64,000 nt of DNA, taken from Candidatus Omnitrophota bacterium (lineage in GTDB: Bacteria; Omnitrophota; Gorgyraeia; Gygaellales; Profunditerraquicolaceae). The position numbers were made by a program, and so were the translations under genes. The stretch is taken from positions 76,322 to 140,321 of the forward strand of contig JAQURC010000002.1 of assembly GCA_028715785.1 (NCBI GenBank), written 5' to 3'. Shown here in pieces: positions 17,982-28,112 of this stretch; the stretch's first letter is position 1; each line of letters begins with the position of its first letter. The notes beneath the pieces are model-generated. The model ran no database searches. It worked only from the letters and a program-made list of their open reading frames with translations, and was not told the DNA's origin.

Positions 17982-19058
17982 GTGAAAAAGTTATTAAATA
18001 GCTTGTTAATCGCGGGTTTGTTAATAGGGGTGACGGGAGTGAATTCCATTTTTGCCGAAGGAAAGAAACCAAAAGTCATTCGTCTGGGTTCTGCTTATGG
18101 CGGGGGTTACGGCAAACCCTTTTCATCGGGAACTATCGGTATTGTTCACGCGAAAGGATTGTTAGAAGAAGAGTTTAAAAAAGACGGCGTCAAAATCGAC
18201 TGGTATTTTTTTAAAGGCGCCGGCCCGGCTACAAATGAGGCTATTGCCAATAATACCCTTGATTTTGGCTATATCGGAGATTTGCCGTCAATCGTTGGAA
18301 GGGCAGGCGGATTAAAGACTAAACTTCTTGCTGCCGGCTCGGTGCGGGCGGAAATTTACATATTGATTCCGGCGGATTCCCCGGTTACCTCAATAAAGGA
18401 ATTAAAAGGTAAAAAGGTGGGAATATTTAAGGGGATAAATTCTCATCTGGGAATTACCAGGATTTTAGAAGCAAATGGTTTAACGGAAAAGGATTTGAAA
18501 GTATATAACTTAGGGACAGCAGATATTGAGGCGGCTCTGGCTTCTAAAGATATCGATGCCGGCGGAGGCGGCTTGCGTTTGCGTGACTTAGGTCTGGTGA
18601 AAGTACTTCTTTCGACAAATCCCGTCCTGCCAGGGATAGATGCTTCATTAAAAGTGCCGATTCAATGGAAACCTACAGGCGGGCTATTTGTTACGGAGAA
18701 ATTTGCTAATGAATATCCGGATATAGTTAAACGGGTGGTAAGGGTTTATGTGGAGGCCGCAAAGTGGGGCTCAGAGGAGAAAAACAGGGAAGAAGTGTTT
18801 CAACTCTGGTCAAAAGTGGGAACACCTCTTAGTCAAATTAAAGAAACTAATGCTGGTAAAACGCTGAAACAGTTAAATACCCCGCTTATTGACGGATTTT
18901 ATGTTACTCATTATAAAGACGCCTTGCTTTATAGTAAAGAACATAAATTTATCAGGAATACTTTTGATGTGGATAGTTGGATAGATAGAAGCTATTTGAA
19001 TGCGGCGTTAAAAGAATTGGGATTAGAGAATTTTTGGCAACCATACGAAGCAGAATAA
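17982..19058 (+). CDS. ABC transporter substrate-binding protein, NitT/TauT (SsuA/TauA-like) family
   Basis: Signal peptide; SsuA-like blocks (KVIRLGSAYGGGYGKPF, DFGYIGDLPSIVGRAGG). Confidence 0.7.
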   Translation: MKKLLNSLLIAGLLIGVTGVNSIFAEGKKPKVIRLGSAYGGGYGKPFSSGTIGIVHAKGLLEEEFKKDGVKIDWYFFKGAGPATNEAIANNTLDFGYIGDLPSIVGRAGGLKTKLLAAGSVRAEIYILIPADSPVTSIKELKGKKVGIFKGINSHLGITRILEANGLTEKDLKVYNLGTADIEAALASKDIDAGGGGLRLRDLGLVKVLLSTNPVLPGIDASLKVPIQWKPTGGLFVTEKFANEYPDIVKRVVRVYVEAAKWGSEEKNREEVFQLWSKVGTPLSQIKETNAGKTLKQLNTPLIDGFYVTHYKDALLYSKEHKFIRNTFDVDSWIDRSYLNAALKELGLENFWQPYEAE

Positions 19059-19072
19059 AAGGAGAAGAGAAA

Positions 19073-20377
19073 ATGAGCAAGAATAACGGTGAATTGAATT
19101 TAAAGCAAGTTGCGGAGAAACACACGGATTTCCCTCAACTAATCATTCGTAAAATTGATACCGCTCTTCGTGGGGTAAATTTTACTGAAAGGGCCGTGAA
19201 AAAAGCTTGGGATTTAAATGCTTTGTATGACGCGGCTCCTGAGCTTGAAACAAAGGGAGCAGGGTTAGTTTTTGGCGGGGCTTTATTCAGAGATGGGACT
19301 TTAGTGCAGGGGGTTGAATCCATATCTTCGCTGCGGGGTAGAATTTTAAGAAAAGATAAAGCCGCGCCCTATACCTTAGATGCGATTGACGGAAAATTAT
19401 GGCTCTTAGACGATAAACAGCCTGTGGAGGAGATTGATTTTGTGCCTATTCCCGAATATTACGGTAAAAAAACCAGCCGGGGAACTCCCATGATTAAGGT
19501 GGTAAGGACAGGCCCGCCGGACTGCTTGAATGTCAATGTATATGGTTACTGCCTTTTTTGGAAAGAAAAACTTCCCTGCAAATATTGCTGCTTTCAGGAG
19601 AGTTTATTGCGGGAGGGCCTGCACACGCAGGAAAGTTTAGACGATATTTATGAAACAGTAAGCGAGGCGTTAAAAGAAAAGGGCAGGTGGACAGGAATGC
19701 GTTTGATTGCCGGCTCTGATTTTAGGGGGAAAACTCCTTACGAGAATGATTCTAACGAGTATATCAGGGTATTAAAAACATTGCAGAGATCGTTTGGCAC
19801 GAAAAATATTTACGCGCGGTTAGTTGCCAGCGCCGTTCCCAAAGAACATCTTGAGAGGGTAAAAGAAGCGGGCGCAGTTGCTTATGAGCCGCATATCGAA
19901 GTATGGGATAAAAAAGTATTCGGGAAAATCTGCCCCGGAAAGGCAAAGTTTTTTGGATGGCAGTATTGGGTGGATAATATTATTGACGCGGTAAAGGTTT
20001 TCGGCAGAGGCAATGTTTGCTCCCAGCTTGTAGCTGGAGCCGAATTGGCCCAGCCATATGGCTTTAAAAGCGTTGAGAAAGCCTTAAAATCAAATCTTGA
20101 GGGCGTTGAATTTCTTGCCCAGCACGGAGCGAATGTTTCTTTTTGCGTCCTCTGGGTAGGTCAGGGTTCCGTATTTTTCGCGGAAAAGCAAACAGCGGCG
20201 CCATTAGAATATTATGTGAGATTAGCCAAGGGAATCCGGGATATCCGTAAAAAATATAAGCTGGCCGTGGATTTCAACGACTACAGGCGCTGCGCGATTC
20301 ATCCGGATACTGATTTAGCCAGGCTTGACTATAACGAAGTATCGTATGAGCCTGTTGGGGCAGGGGAGGGAAGATAA
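19073..20377 (+). CDS. uncharacterized Cys-rich protein, paralog 1 (Cx8Cx2C motif; possible Fe-S / radical-SAM-like)
   Basis: 434 aa; CLFWKEKLPCKYCC motif and further Cys conserved with the paralog at 20909 (about 45% identity; shared DYYGKKTSRG, ICPGK, GFK[ST][IV][DE][EK]ALKSN). Confidence 0.5.
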   Translation: MSKNNGELNLKQVAEKHTDFPQLIIRKIDTALRGVNFTERAVKKAWDLNALYDAAPELETKGAGLVFGGALFRDGTLVQGVESISSLRGRILRKDKAAPYTLDAIDGKLWLLDDKQPVEEIDFVPIPEYYGKKTSRGTPMIKVVRTGPPDCLNVNVYGYCLFWKEKLPCKYCCFQESLLREGLHTQESLDDIYETVSEALKEKGRWTGMRLIAGSDFRGKTPYENDSNEYIRVLKTLQRSFGTKNIYARLVASAVPKEHLERVKEAGAVAYEPHIEVWDKKVFGKICPGKAKFFGWQYWVDNIIDAVKVFGRGNVCSQLVAGAELAQPYGFKSVEKALKSNLEGVEFLAQHGANVSFCVLWVGQGSVFFAEKQTAAPLEYYVRLAKGIRDIRKKYKLAVDFNDYRRCAIHPDTDLARLDYNEVSYEPVGAGEGR

Positions 20378-20412
20378 CTTAATAAGTAAAAAAATTTTAA
20401 GGAGGAATAAAA

Positions 20413-20886
20413 ATGTCTAAATTGTCAAAAGAAGTGGTGGATTTAATTAAAGATTGTGCATCAATCAAAATTGTTACTACGACCGATGAAAACGGCAATC
20501 CGCATGCCGCTTTTAAAGGGTGCTTAACCGTGCTTGAGGACGGGAATTTGGCTTTTGCCGAGACCCTTGAGGGCTCACAAAACAATATTAACCTGGTGCG
20601 CAGCCTTTGGTTTGATAAAAATGTGCAGCTAACCGTCCGGGGCAAGGACGGGAAAACCTTTCAGATTAAAGGTAAGCCGTATAAGTATAGTTATACAGGG
20701 CCGCTATATAAGAAGTTTTATCTTGCGGCAAGAAAAAAACGGGGGCAGGATTCTGAGATTTCCGGCGTATGGGTTATTGTGCCGGAAGAAGTCAGAGATG
20801 AAACCTACGAGGCAAGGAAAAAAATAGAGGATGAACTGCACCCGTTCTTTAGGCATTTTGACCGGGAGAGTGTTTTGGTTAAATAA
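20413..20886 (+). CDS. pyridoxamine-5'-phosphate-oxidase-like FMN-binding split-barrel protein
   Basis: 157 aa; N-terminal KEVVDLIKDCASIKIVTTTDENGNPH typical of the PNPOx-like family. Confidence 0.6.
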   Translation: MSKLSKEVVDLIKDCASIKIVTTTDENGNPHAAFKGCLTVLEDGNLAFAETLEGSQNNINLVRSLWFDKNVQLTVRGKDGKTFQIKGKPYKYSYTGPLYKKFYLAARKKRGQDSEISGVWVIVPEEVRDETYEARKKIEDELHPFFRHFDRESVLVK

Positions 20887-20908
20887 AATTATGAAAGGGG
20901 AAAATAGA

Positions 20909-22159
20909 ATGGGTAAGAATAACGGTAAGTTAGGCGTGGAAGAGTTGGTAAGCAAGTACCCGGATATATCACGGTTTATTATCCTTAAACTTGATGTGCA
21001 AAAAAGGGGGATTGAGTTAACGGAAAACGCCCAGGAAGCGGTTCAGGATTCTAAGTATCGTTTCAGGCCCAGGAGCGCGGCTTATAGCGGAGACGACGGT
21101 TCTAAGAAAGCTAATCCGGGGCCGTTATTACTGCGTGACGGCACAACTGTGCTTAGCGGGGCGGGGCTTAAATACGAAGATCCTTATAGAGTGCATCATG
21201 TTGATGGCAAATTTTTTCTTTTTGATAAAGGTAAAAAAATTGAGGAGGTGGATTTTACTCCCAGGCCGGATTATTACGGCAAAAAAACAAGCCGGGGAGT
21301 CCCTATGGAATCAATTGCTTCGGCCCGGCCGCAGCGGTTAGATATTTCTCCTTACCGTTATTGCCATTTTTGGGATACGGGTGATCAGTGCAAATATTGC
21401 GCGTTTTTCACGGATATGGAAGAACAAAGGCAATTAGCGGATAAGAATTTTCCGAAGGTTATTGATCCGGAAGATATTTATGAAACAGTAAGGGAAGCTT
21501 TAAAAGAGCCGGGGAGGATTTCACAGATAAACCTGACTGCCGGCGCGGATTACAGCGGCGATCCGCCTTTTGAAAATGAAGTGAACCGGTATATAAAGGT
21601 TTTGCAGGCTATCGGCAGGAATTTTAAGTCAAGAAGGTTTCCCAGCCAGCTAATTGCGCCTGCGTATACTAAAAGGCAGATTAAAAGAATTTATGACGAA
21701 ACTGGCCTTTCTTCATACTGCCCGGATATTGAGGTATGGGATGAAAAGTTGTTTAAGTGGATCTGCCCGGGAAAAGAAAAATGGCTGGGAAGGGACCATT
21801 GGATAAAGTCAGCTCTTGACGCGGTTGAGATTTTTGGAAAAGGCAATGTTTATACAAACTTTGTCGCGGGGGCAGAGACCGCTAAACCTTATGGGTTTAA
21901 GACCATTGACGAAGCTTTGAAGTCCAATTTTGAAGCCTGCGAATTTTTTTCTAAACACGGTGTAGTGTTTTTAAGCTTAGTTTGGCGGCCGTGGAAAAGT
22001 TCCAAATTTGCCGGCCAGAAACAGCCGCCCCTTGAATATTATGTGCGGCTGGTAAAAGGACTACACGAAATAAGGAAAGCACATGGCCTGACTTCTGACA
22101 ATGATGATTACAAACATTGCGGTAACCATGGGGACAGCGATTTAGAAAGAATAGACTAA
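20909..22159 (+). CDS. uncharacterized Cys-rich protein, paralog 2 (Cx8Cx2C)
   Basis: 416 aa; CHFWDTGDQCKYC; homologous throughout to the 19073 gene. Confidence 0.5.
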   Translation: MGKNNGKLGVEELVSKYPDISRFIILKLDVQKRGIELTENAQEAVQDSKYRFRPRSAAYSGDDGSKKANPGPLLLRDGTTVLSGAGLKYEDPYRVHHVDGKFFLFDKGKKIEEVDFTPRPDYYGKKTSRGVPMESIASARPQRLDISPYRYCHFWDTGDQCKYCAFFTDMEEQRQLADKNFPKVIDPEDIYETVREALKEPGRISQINLTAGADYSGDPPFENEVNRYIKVLQAIGRNFKSRRFPSQLIAPAYTKRQIKRIYDETGLSSYCPDIEVWDEKLFKWICPGKEKWLGRDHWIKSALDAVEIFGKGNVYTNFVAGAETAKPYGFKTIDEALKSNFEACEFFSKHGVVFLSLVWRPWKSSKFAGQKQPPLEYYVRLVKGLHEIRKAHGLTSDNDDYKHCGNHGDSDLERID

Positions 22160-22176
22160 AATAAGGAGAAAACAAA

Positions 22177-22668
22177 ATGTCAAAGTTACCTAAAGAATTA
22201 GTTGATTTATTAAAAGACCGCGAAAGCGTAAAAGTGTTGGCAACATTAAATCAGGACGGTTCTCCGCATACAGTAATTAAAGGTTCATTAACTACTTTGG
22301 ACGGAGAAGCGATAGCTTTAAGTGAAGGGCTGGACACTTATCAGAGCAATAAGAATTTAGTAAGAAGTATCTGGTTCGATAAATCCGTATCAATTAATAT
22401 TACTAAGGGGCCGGTCAGCTATCAAATAAAAGGCAAACCTTATAAATGTTTGATTACCGGAGAGATTTTTAAACAGTTTCTTCTTAAAGCCAGAGAAAAA
22501 AAAGGGCCTGACGCGGATATTGCCGCGGTTTGGATAATTACGCCTGAGGAAGTCAGGAATGAATCTCCGGCAATTCGAAGAAAAGAAGAGGAAGAAAAAA
22601 GGCCGTATTTTAACCGGCATCTAGACAGGGAAAGTTTAATAAATAGAGAGCTTTCTTCAGCAAGATAA
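22177..22668 (+). CDS. PNPOx-like FMN-binding split-barrel protein (paralog of the 20413 gene)
   Basis: 163 aa; KELVDLLKDRESVKVLATLNQDGSPH; same domain order as 20413. Confidence 0.6.
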   Translation: MSKLPKELVDLLKDRESVKVLATLNQDGSPHTVIKGSLTTLDGEAIALSEGLDTYQSNKNLVRSIWFDKSVSINITKGPVSYQIKGKPYKCLITGEIFKQFLLKAREKKGPDADIAAVWIITPEEVRNESPAIRRKEEEEKRPYFNRHLDRESLINRELSSAR

Positions 22669-22716
22669 AAATACGCCAATAACCAGAAGAGAAGTAGTCA
22701 AAGAGGATGCCTTAAA

Positions 22717-23244
22717 ATGGATATTTATGAAATTATTTCAGCCAGGCACAGTATAAGAAAGTATAAATCTATTCCTATAGAAGAGGAAAAGTTAAACCGG
22801 GTTTTAGAAGCAGCCAGGATTGCTCCGTCCGCGGGAAATCGGCAGCCTTGGCACTTTATCGTGATAAAGGATGAAGAGGTGAAAAAACAGCTTAAAGAAG
22901 CGCAAGTTTATATCTCTCCTAAAGGAGGAGATTGGTTTTACTCCGCGCCGGTGATAATTTGCGCCTGTGGCGAATCTTCTAAAAGCTGGATAAGAAAAGA
23001 CGGAAAGGATTATCGCGATGTGGATCTGGCTATTGCTTTTGACCATCTTATTCTGGCCGCGACAGCAGAGGGCCTTGGGACCTGTTGGATAGGCGCCTTT
23101 GATCCAATACCGGCTAAAAAAGTTCTTGGGATTCCTGAAGGCATTGAGCCTATTGTTTTTACTCCTTTGGGATATTCCGATGATTCTCCACAGGACAGAG
23201 GGCGCAAATCCAAGAGTGAAATTATTCACCAGAATAGATGGTAA
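22717..23244 (+). CDS. nitroreductase-family FMN oxidoreductase
   Basis: RHSIRKYK ... APSAGNRQPWHFIVI signature. Confidence 0.7.
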   Translation: MDIYEIISARHSIRKYKSIPIEEEKLNRVLEAARIAPSAGNRQPWHFIVIKDEEVKKQLKEAQVYISPKGGDWFYSAPVIICACGESSKSWIRKDGKDYRDVDLAIAFDHLILAATAEGLGTCWIGAFDPIPAKKVLGIPEGIEPIVFTPLGYSDDSPQDRGRKSKSEIIHQNRW

Positions 23245-23271
23245 TCAGTTAACCATAGAAGGGAATTTATT

Positions 23272-23910
23272 ATGGTAAAGATAGTCGGTTTATCCGGGAG
23301 CCCGCGTAAAGACGGTAATACTGAGATTTTGGTAAAAGAGGCTTTAAAAGCGGCAAAAAGCCGCGGCGCGGAAACAGAATTTGTCAGTTTGGCTGGAAAA
23401 GAAATACAACCTTGCCAGGCTTGTTATACCTGCCGTTTAGAAGAGTCTAAAGGCGAATGCGCGATTGAGGATGATTTAGCGGAAATATTCGAAAAATTTA
23501 AAGAAGCAGACGGGATAATTATCGGCAGCCCCGTATATTTTCTTACAGTTACCGCGCAATTAAAAGCGTTATTTGACCGGAGCCTTGTTTTGAGATACGG
23601 AAAGGGCAAAGTTAAAGGAAAACCCGGGATCAAGAGAACGCCTGACTTTTTGCTCAGCAATAAAGCCGGCGGCGCTATTTCTGTTGCCGGCAGCACTGGG
23701 CAGCAGCTTACTATTTTAGAAATATTAAAATGGATGGTCTTCCAAGATATGGTTGTAGTCGGTAACGAGTTTGATTTAGGCACAAACGCACGCGCGGGAC
23801 TAAAAGGTGGTGCGCGTAAAGATAAAGCAGCTTTGCAGCAGGCGCGGCATACCGGGTTAAGAGTGGCTGAGATTGCTAAAAGATTAAACCCGGGGAAAAT
23901 AACGGGATGA
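23272..23910 (+). CDS. NADPH-dependent FMN reductase / iron-sulfur flavoprotein (Isf-like)
   Basis: [13 protein letters not shown] flavodoxin-like N-terminus plus compact CQACYTC...C motif. Confidence 0.65.
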   Translation: MVKIVGLSGSPRKDGNTEILVKEALKAAKSRGAETEFVSLAGKEIQPCQACYTCRLEESKGECAIEDDLAEIFEKFKEADGIIIGSPVYFLTVTAQLKALFDRSLVLRYGKGKVKGKPGIKRTPDFLLSNKAGGAISVAGSTGQQLTILEILKWMVFQDMVVVGNEFDLGTNARAGLKGGARKDKAALQQARHTGLRVAEIAKRLNPGKITG

Positions 23911-25073
23911 AAAATCTCTTTGCCAATAATAAATTTATTCTAAACTTGATGCTTTTAGGGGTTTTCGGCGGTATTAATATGGGGATTTTACATATTGTTA
24001 TCAATCTCTATTGCATAAATTTAGGGGCAACATCATCGCAGTTAGGAATAATAAGAAGCGCACAAGGCTTAAGCGTATTATTGATGGTTTTACCGGTTGG
24101 ATTTTTTATTGACCATTTTGGGGCAAGAAAATTATTTATGCTTGGCGGGTGGGTGAGCGCGTTAGTAATTTTGTTCTTTCCGTTAGTAAAAAGTGTGCAG
24201 ATTATCCCATTTTTTACGGCAATTATGGGGCTCGTGGGCTCAATGCGTTTTACTTCAATGAGTTCGGTTTTCTTGACTCATTTAAAAGGGATGGGAAACG
24301 GAAAAGCCGGATGGTTCCGGGGGTCGCAATCCATAGGCCTGATGTTTCTTGGGCCCTTATTAGCGGGGTATTTGGTAAAAAGCCTGAATTTCACCATGAG
24401 TTTTGTTTTGTTAAGCGTTTTTACGGTGGCTATTGTAATTTTTGCTTTTTTTGTTTTTGCCAAAAAATCAGATTACGAAAAAAAATTTTTTGATCCAGTG
24501 GTTTTTTCTTTTAAAGATATAGTTAAAAATTTAAAGCTGCTATTAAGGAATAGAACCTTGGTTAGGGCATCTGCCGCCGAAGGAGTAAGTATAATGTGTT
24601 TTTCTTGTTATACTACTTTTATTATAGCCATGGCGTTACGCGTTTTTGGCCTGTCACAGCAGGCAGCCGTTAGTTTAGTGGCTGCGCAAGGATTGGCCTT
24701 TATATCAACGGTTTTTTTAGGCGGTTTTTTATTGGATAAATACCCGGTAAAAAAACTTTACTTAGTCAGTTTATTAATATTGGCCCTAGCTTCCCTTATT
24801 CTTGGTTTAACCAAAGAAGTAAAATTTTTATGGCTAGGCGCTTTCATTTTCGGAATAGGATTGGGAGTGGTTAATGTGATTAATCTAGCATGCCTGGCGA
24901 ATATCGAGGGTAAAAAGGGTAAAATAACCGGTTTTTTTTCTTTGAGTACCAGCATGGGTATAGTGTTGGGCTCTTTTTTGGGCGGGATTATCGGAGATGT
25001 TTTTGGGATACAGGCTATTTTTTTGGCATTGGCGCCGGTGTGTTTAATTGCCGGATTAATATTGCATAAGTAA
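23907..25073 (+). CDS. MFS transporter
   Basis: 388 aa with about 12 predicted TM helices in a 6+6 arrangement. Confidence 0.55.
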   Translation: MKNLFANNKFILNLMLLGVFGGINMGILHIVINLYCINLGATSSQLGIIRSAQGLSVLLMVLPVGFFIDHFGARKLFMLGGWVSALVILFFPLVKSVQIIPFFTAIMGLVGSMRFTSMSSVFLTHLKGMGNGKAGWFRGSQSIGLMFLGPLLAGYLVKSLNFTMSFVLLSVFTVAIVIFAFFVFAKKSDYEKKFFDPVVFSFKDIVKNLKLLLRNRTLVRASAAEGVSIMCFSCYTTFIIAMALRVFGLSQQAAVSLVAAQGLAFISTVFLGGFLLDKYPVKKLYLVSLLILALASLILGLTKEVKFLWLGAFIFGIGLGVVNVINLACLANIEGKKGKITGFFSLSTSMGIVLGSFLGGIIGDVFGIQAIFLALAPVCLIAGLILHK

Positions 25074-25128
25074 TACTCCTTACTAAAAGCACAAGTTATA
25101 AACGAGCTGAAAGAAAGAGGCGTGAAAA

Positions 25129-25902
25129 ATGATTTTAAATAAGATCAAAGATAAATTATGGGGGTTCGTTCTTCCTCTGTTAGTACTTATAACTTGGGAG
25201 ATAGTAACCCGTTTAGAATTGTTTCCTATTCAGTTGTTAGTTCCGCCTAAACAGGTAGTTTTTACTTTTATAGATTTACTTAAAAAAGGAGATTTATTAA
25301 CCCATTTAAGGATAAGTTTTATGAGGGTGTTAGCCGGATTCGCGATAGGCACATCAATCGGATTTATTTTTGGGACTGCGATGGGTTTATCAAGAAGGAT
25401 AGAAAAATATTTCGGGCCGTTATTTCACGCGGTCAGGCAGGTTCCTTTGCTAGGCTGGATGCCTTTGTTGATGTTATGGCTGGGAATTGGAGAAGCCTTT
25501 AAGGTAGTGCTTATTTCCATAGGCGCTTTTTATCCGGTAGTCTTGAATACTTTTGAAGGGGTAAGAAGCGTGCCGAAGGAGTATGCGGAAGTAGCGCAGG
25601 TATTTGAATATAGTAAATTTAAACTCTTGCGAAAAGTTATTATTCCGGCAGCTTTGCCATCAATTCTTACCGGCATAAGGATTGCTTTGAGTATGTCCTG
25701 GTTATTATTGGTGGGCGCTGAGCTTATGGCTGCTAGCGAGGGAGTAGGTTTTTTGATGACGCAAGGCAGGCGGTTTTTTCAAACAGACGTGGTAATGGTG
25801 GGGGTGCTTATTATTGGCGTTATCGGCTTGGTTATAAATAATACGGTAGCAAGGATAGAAAAATATTTTCTGCGCTGGAGCAGGACATTTGAGGCCGGAT
25901 AA
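25129..25902 (+). CDS. ABC transporter permease (SsuC/TauC-like)
   Basis: Six TM helices; EAA-like loop AASEGVGFLMTQGRRFFQTD. Confidence 0.75.
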   Translation: MILNKIKDKLWGFVLPLLVLITWEIVTRLELFPIQLLVPPKQVVFTFIDLLKKGDLLTHLRISFMRVLAGFAIGTSIGFIFGTAMGLSRRIEKYFGPLFHAVRQVPLLGWMPLLMLWLGIGEAFKVVLISIGAFYPVVLNTFEGVRSVPKEYAEVAQVFEYSKFKLLRKVIIPAALPSILTGIRIALSMSWLLLVGAELMAASEGVGFLMTQGRRFFQTDVVMVGVLIIGVIGLVINNTVARIEKYFLRWSRTFEAG

Positions 25903-25903
25903 T

Positions 25904-26683
25904 ATGACTAAAATTACTTTAGGCCGGTTATGGGAAAAATTCCAAAGCAGTTTTGTTTTTTGGGTGTTATTAGCAATTTGGTGGGCGGCAGCCGGATGGA
26001 AATTAGTTTCTCCCGCGATACTTCCGGCGCCAAGTCAAGTTGTCAGTACCTTTATTGATTTAGTTAAGAACGGTATTTTGATTTTTAATCTCAAGGCAAG
26101 CCTCTTGAGAGTGATTAGCGGATTCCTTATAGGGGCATCTATAGGGTTTGTTTTAGGCGTTTTAATGGGGTTATCAAAGATTATAGAAAAGCTGGTTGCG
26201 CCTTCATTCCACGCGATCAGGCAGGTGCCATTATTGGGCTGGATACCTTTAATAATATTGTGGTGCGGTATCGGAGAAATTTCCAAAATAGTTTTTATTG
26301 CTCTTGGGGCTTTTTATCCGGTGGTTCTGAATACCTTTCAGGGAATCAGGAGCGTAAAGAAAGAGTATATAGAGTTATCCCAAGTATTTGAATATAGTAA
26401 AATTAAGCTTTTACGAAAAGTGGTCTTTCCGGCGGCACTGCCATCTATTCTTACCGGAATAAGATTTAGCCTGAGTGTCTCGTGGCTATTGGTAGTGGGC
26501 GCGGAAATGTTTACCGCCGCAGCCGGGGGCATTGGCAGTATGATGACGGAAGGCAGGGAGCAATGGCGGATGGATATTGTTTTTGTGGGAATAATTGTTA
26601 TAGGAGTAATAGGGTTTATTATGAATAACTCTATAGGGTTATTAGAAAGGCGGTTTTTACGCTGGAGAAAAACTTTTTGTTAA
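25904..26683 (+). CDS. ABC transporter permease (second SsuC/TauC-like paralog)
   Basis: Close paralog of the 25129 gene (FEYSK[FI]KLLRKV[IV]PAALPSILTGIR). Confidence 0.75.
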   Translation: MTKITLGRLWEKFQSSFVFWVLLAIWWAAAGWKLVSPAILPAPSQVVSTFIDLVKNGILIFNLKASLLRVISGFLIGASIGFVLGVLMGLSKIIEKLVAPSFHAIRQVPLLGWIPLIILWCGIGEISKIVFIALGAFYPVVLNTFQGIRSVKKEYIELSQVFEYSKIKLLRKVVFPAALPSILTGIRFSLSVSWLLVVGAEMFTAAAGGIGSMMTEGREQWRMDIVFVGIIVIGVIGFIMNNSIGLLERRFLRWRKTFC

Positions 26684-26767
26684 AGGAGGTGGTTTATCTT
26701 AGTACTTACGTTGAAGATTATATTTTGAAAGTTAACTGAACCGGTGAATTAAATTAAGGAGGCAAAA

Positions 26768-27259
26768 ATGTCTTTCGACAAAGAAGAAATCAAGTCTTAT
26801 ATCAATAACACAAAATTGTTTACCCTGGCTACAATAGATAGCGGGAATGGAGAAATTTATCCCGCTTTAAGGGTGATTGGCGCGTTTGCCACGAATGGTT
26901 TTACCATTTATTTTTCAACCGGCAAAGACAGCGCTAAGTCAAAGCAGATTGAGAATAACCCGAATGTTACGGCTTATTTTCAGCAGGAAGGCCAGGCGCT
27001 GCCGAATTTCCGCAACGTAACTGTAATTGGTAAAGCCAGGCTTTTGCAGTGTGAAGGCGAGTTTAATAAAGCATTAGAGCTTATCGGTAACAGAAACCCC
27101 CGATTTAAAGAACGGATTAAAAATAACGGCAGGGACAAAGTCGCCATTTTTAAGATTAAACCGGAAACAATTAAAAGCTTGGATTATGGCCGTGGCCACG
27201 GGGCTCAGGCTGTTGAAAAAATTAAGATTGATTCCGCCTGTTGCGCCAGCACAAAATAG
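26768..27259 (+). CDS. PNPOx-like FMN-binding protein (general-stress-protein-26-like)
   Basis: 163 aa; LFTLATIDSGNGEIYPALRV and NPNVTAYF blocks. Confidence 0.55.
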   Translation: MSFDKEEIKSYINNTKLFTLATIDSGNGEIYPALRVIGAFATNGFTIYFSTGKDSAKSKQIENNPNVTAYFQQEGQALPNFRNVTVIGKARLLQCEGEFNKALELIGNRNPRFKERIKNNGRDKVAIFKIKPETIKSLDYGRGHGAQAVEKIKIDSACCASTK

Positions 27260-27310
27260 CCGAGGGTAAATTGATAGTACTTGGTAGGGTTTGAAATGGA
27301 GGCGCGCAAA

Positions 27311-28087
27311 ATGGAAAAATTAGGAACTTTAAGAGTAGAAAATCTAAATAAAAAATTTCAAGTTGAAAACAAGGAAATCTCAGTTCTTGAGAATATCAAC
27401 TTAACCGTTTCTCCGGGTGAATTTGTCAGTATTGTCGGCACAAGCGGCTGCGGCAAGAGCACCCTCTTGAGGTTAATTGTCGGATTGGGAGATGAATATC
27501 AAGGCAATATTCTTTTAGACGGCAAAAGGATTAACGGCCCCAGCGTCAATAGAGGCATAGTATTCCAGGATCCCAGGCTTCTACCGTGGCTGACAGTGGA
27601 AGAAAACGTGGGTTTTGGTTTGGACGGCAAGAAAAGCATTGATAGGAGGAAAATTATCCAGGAACACATCAATTTAGTAGGCCTGAAGGGTTTTGAGAAG
27701 GTATATCCTTATAAGTTATCCGGCGGCATGGCTCAACGGGCAGCTATCGCCCGAGCTTTAGTAAACAGGCCGGAGATTTTATTGTTGGATGAACCTTTAG
27801 GGGCATTAGATGCTTTAACGCGTATGTATATGCAGGAGGAATTAGAAAAGATCTGGAAAAGAGAAGGAATTGCCAATATCATGGTTACCCACGATATTGA
27901 AGAGGCGATTTATCTTGGCGACAAGGTTATAATTATATCCTGCCGTCCGGGAAAAATAAAAAGAACTATCCCTGTGCCGTTATCACGGCCGCGCGACCGG
28001 GATAGCCTTGATTTCATAAGGATAAAAGAAGAGGTGTTAAAAGAGTTTCATTTGCAGGCAGAGCAGTATTTTAGTTACGCCATATAA
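27311..28087 (+). CDS. ABC transporter ATP-binding protein (SsuB/TauB-like)
   Basis: Walker [10 protein letters not shown], signature LSGGMAQR, Walker [12 protein letters not shown]. Confidence 0.8.
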   Translation: MEKLGTLRVENLNKKFQVENKEISVLENINLTVSPGEFVSIVGTSGCGKSTLLRLIVGLGDEYQGNILLDGKRINGPSVNRGIVFQDPRLLPWLTVEENVGFGLDGKKSIDRRKIIQEHINLVGLKGFEKVYPYKLSGGMAQRAAIARALVNRPEILLLDEPLGALDALTRMYMQEELEKIWKREGIANIMVTHDIEEAIYLGDKVIIISCRPGKIKRTIPVPLSRPRDRDSLDFIRIKEEVLKEFHLQAEQYFSYAI

Positions 28088-28112
28088 AACAGGGATAAAG
28101 GAGAAGAACAAT

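Noticed and set aside
21135-21341. 68-aa + strand ORF
   Set aside because: Alternate frame inside Cys-rich paralog 2.
24149-24493. 114-aa + strand ORF in alternate frame
   Set aside because: Internal to the MFS transporter gene; low complexity.
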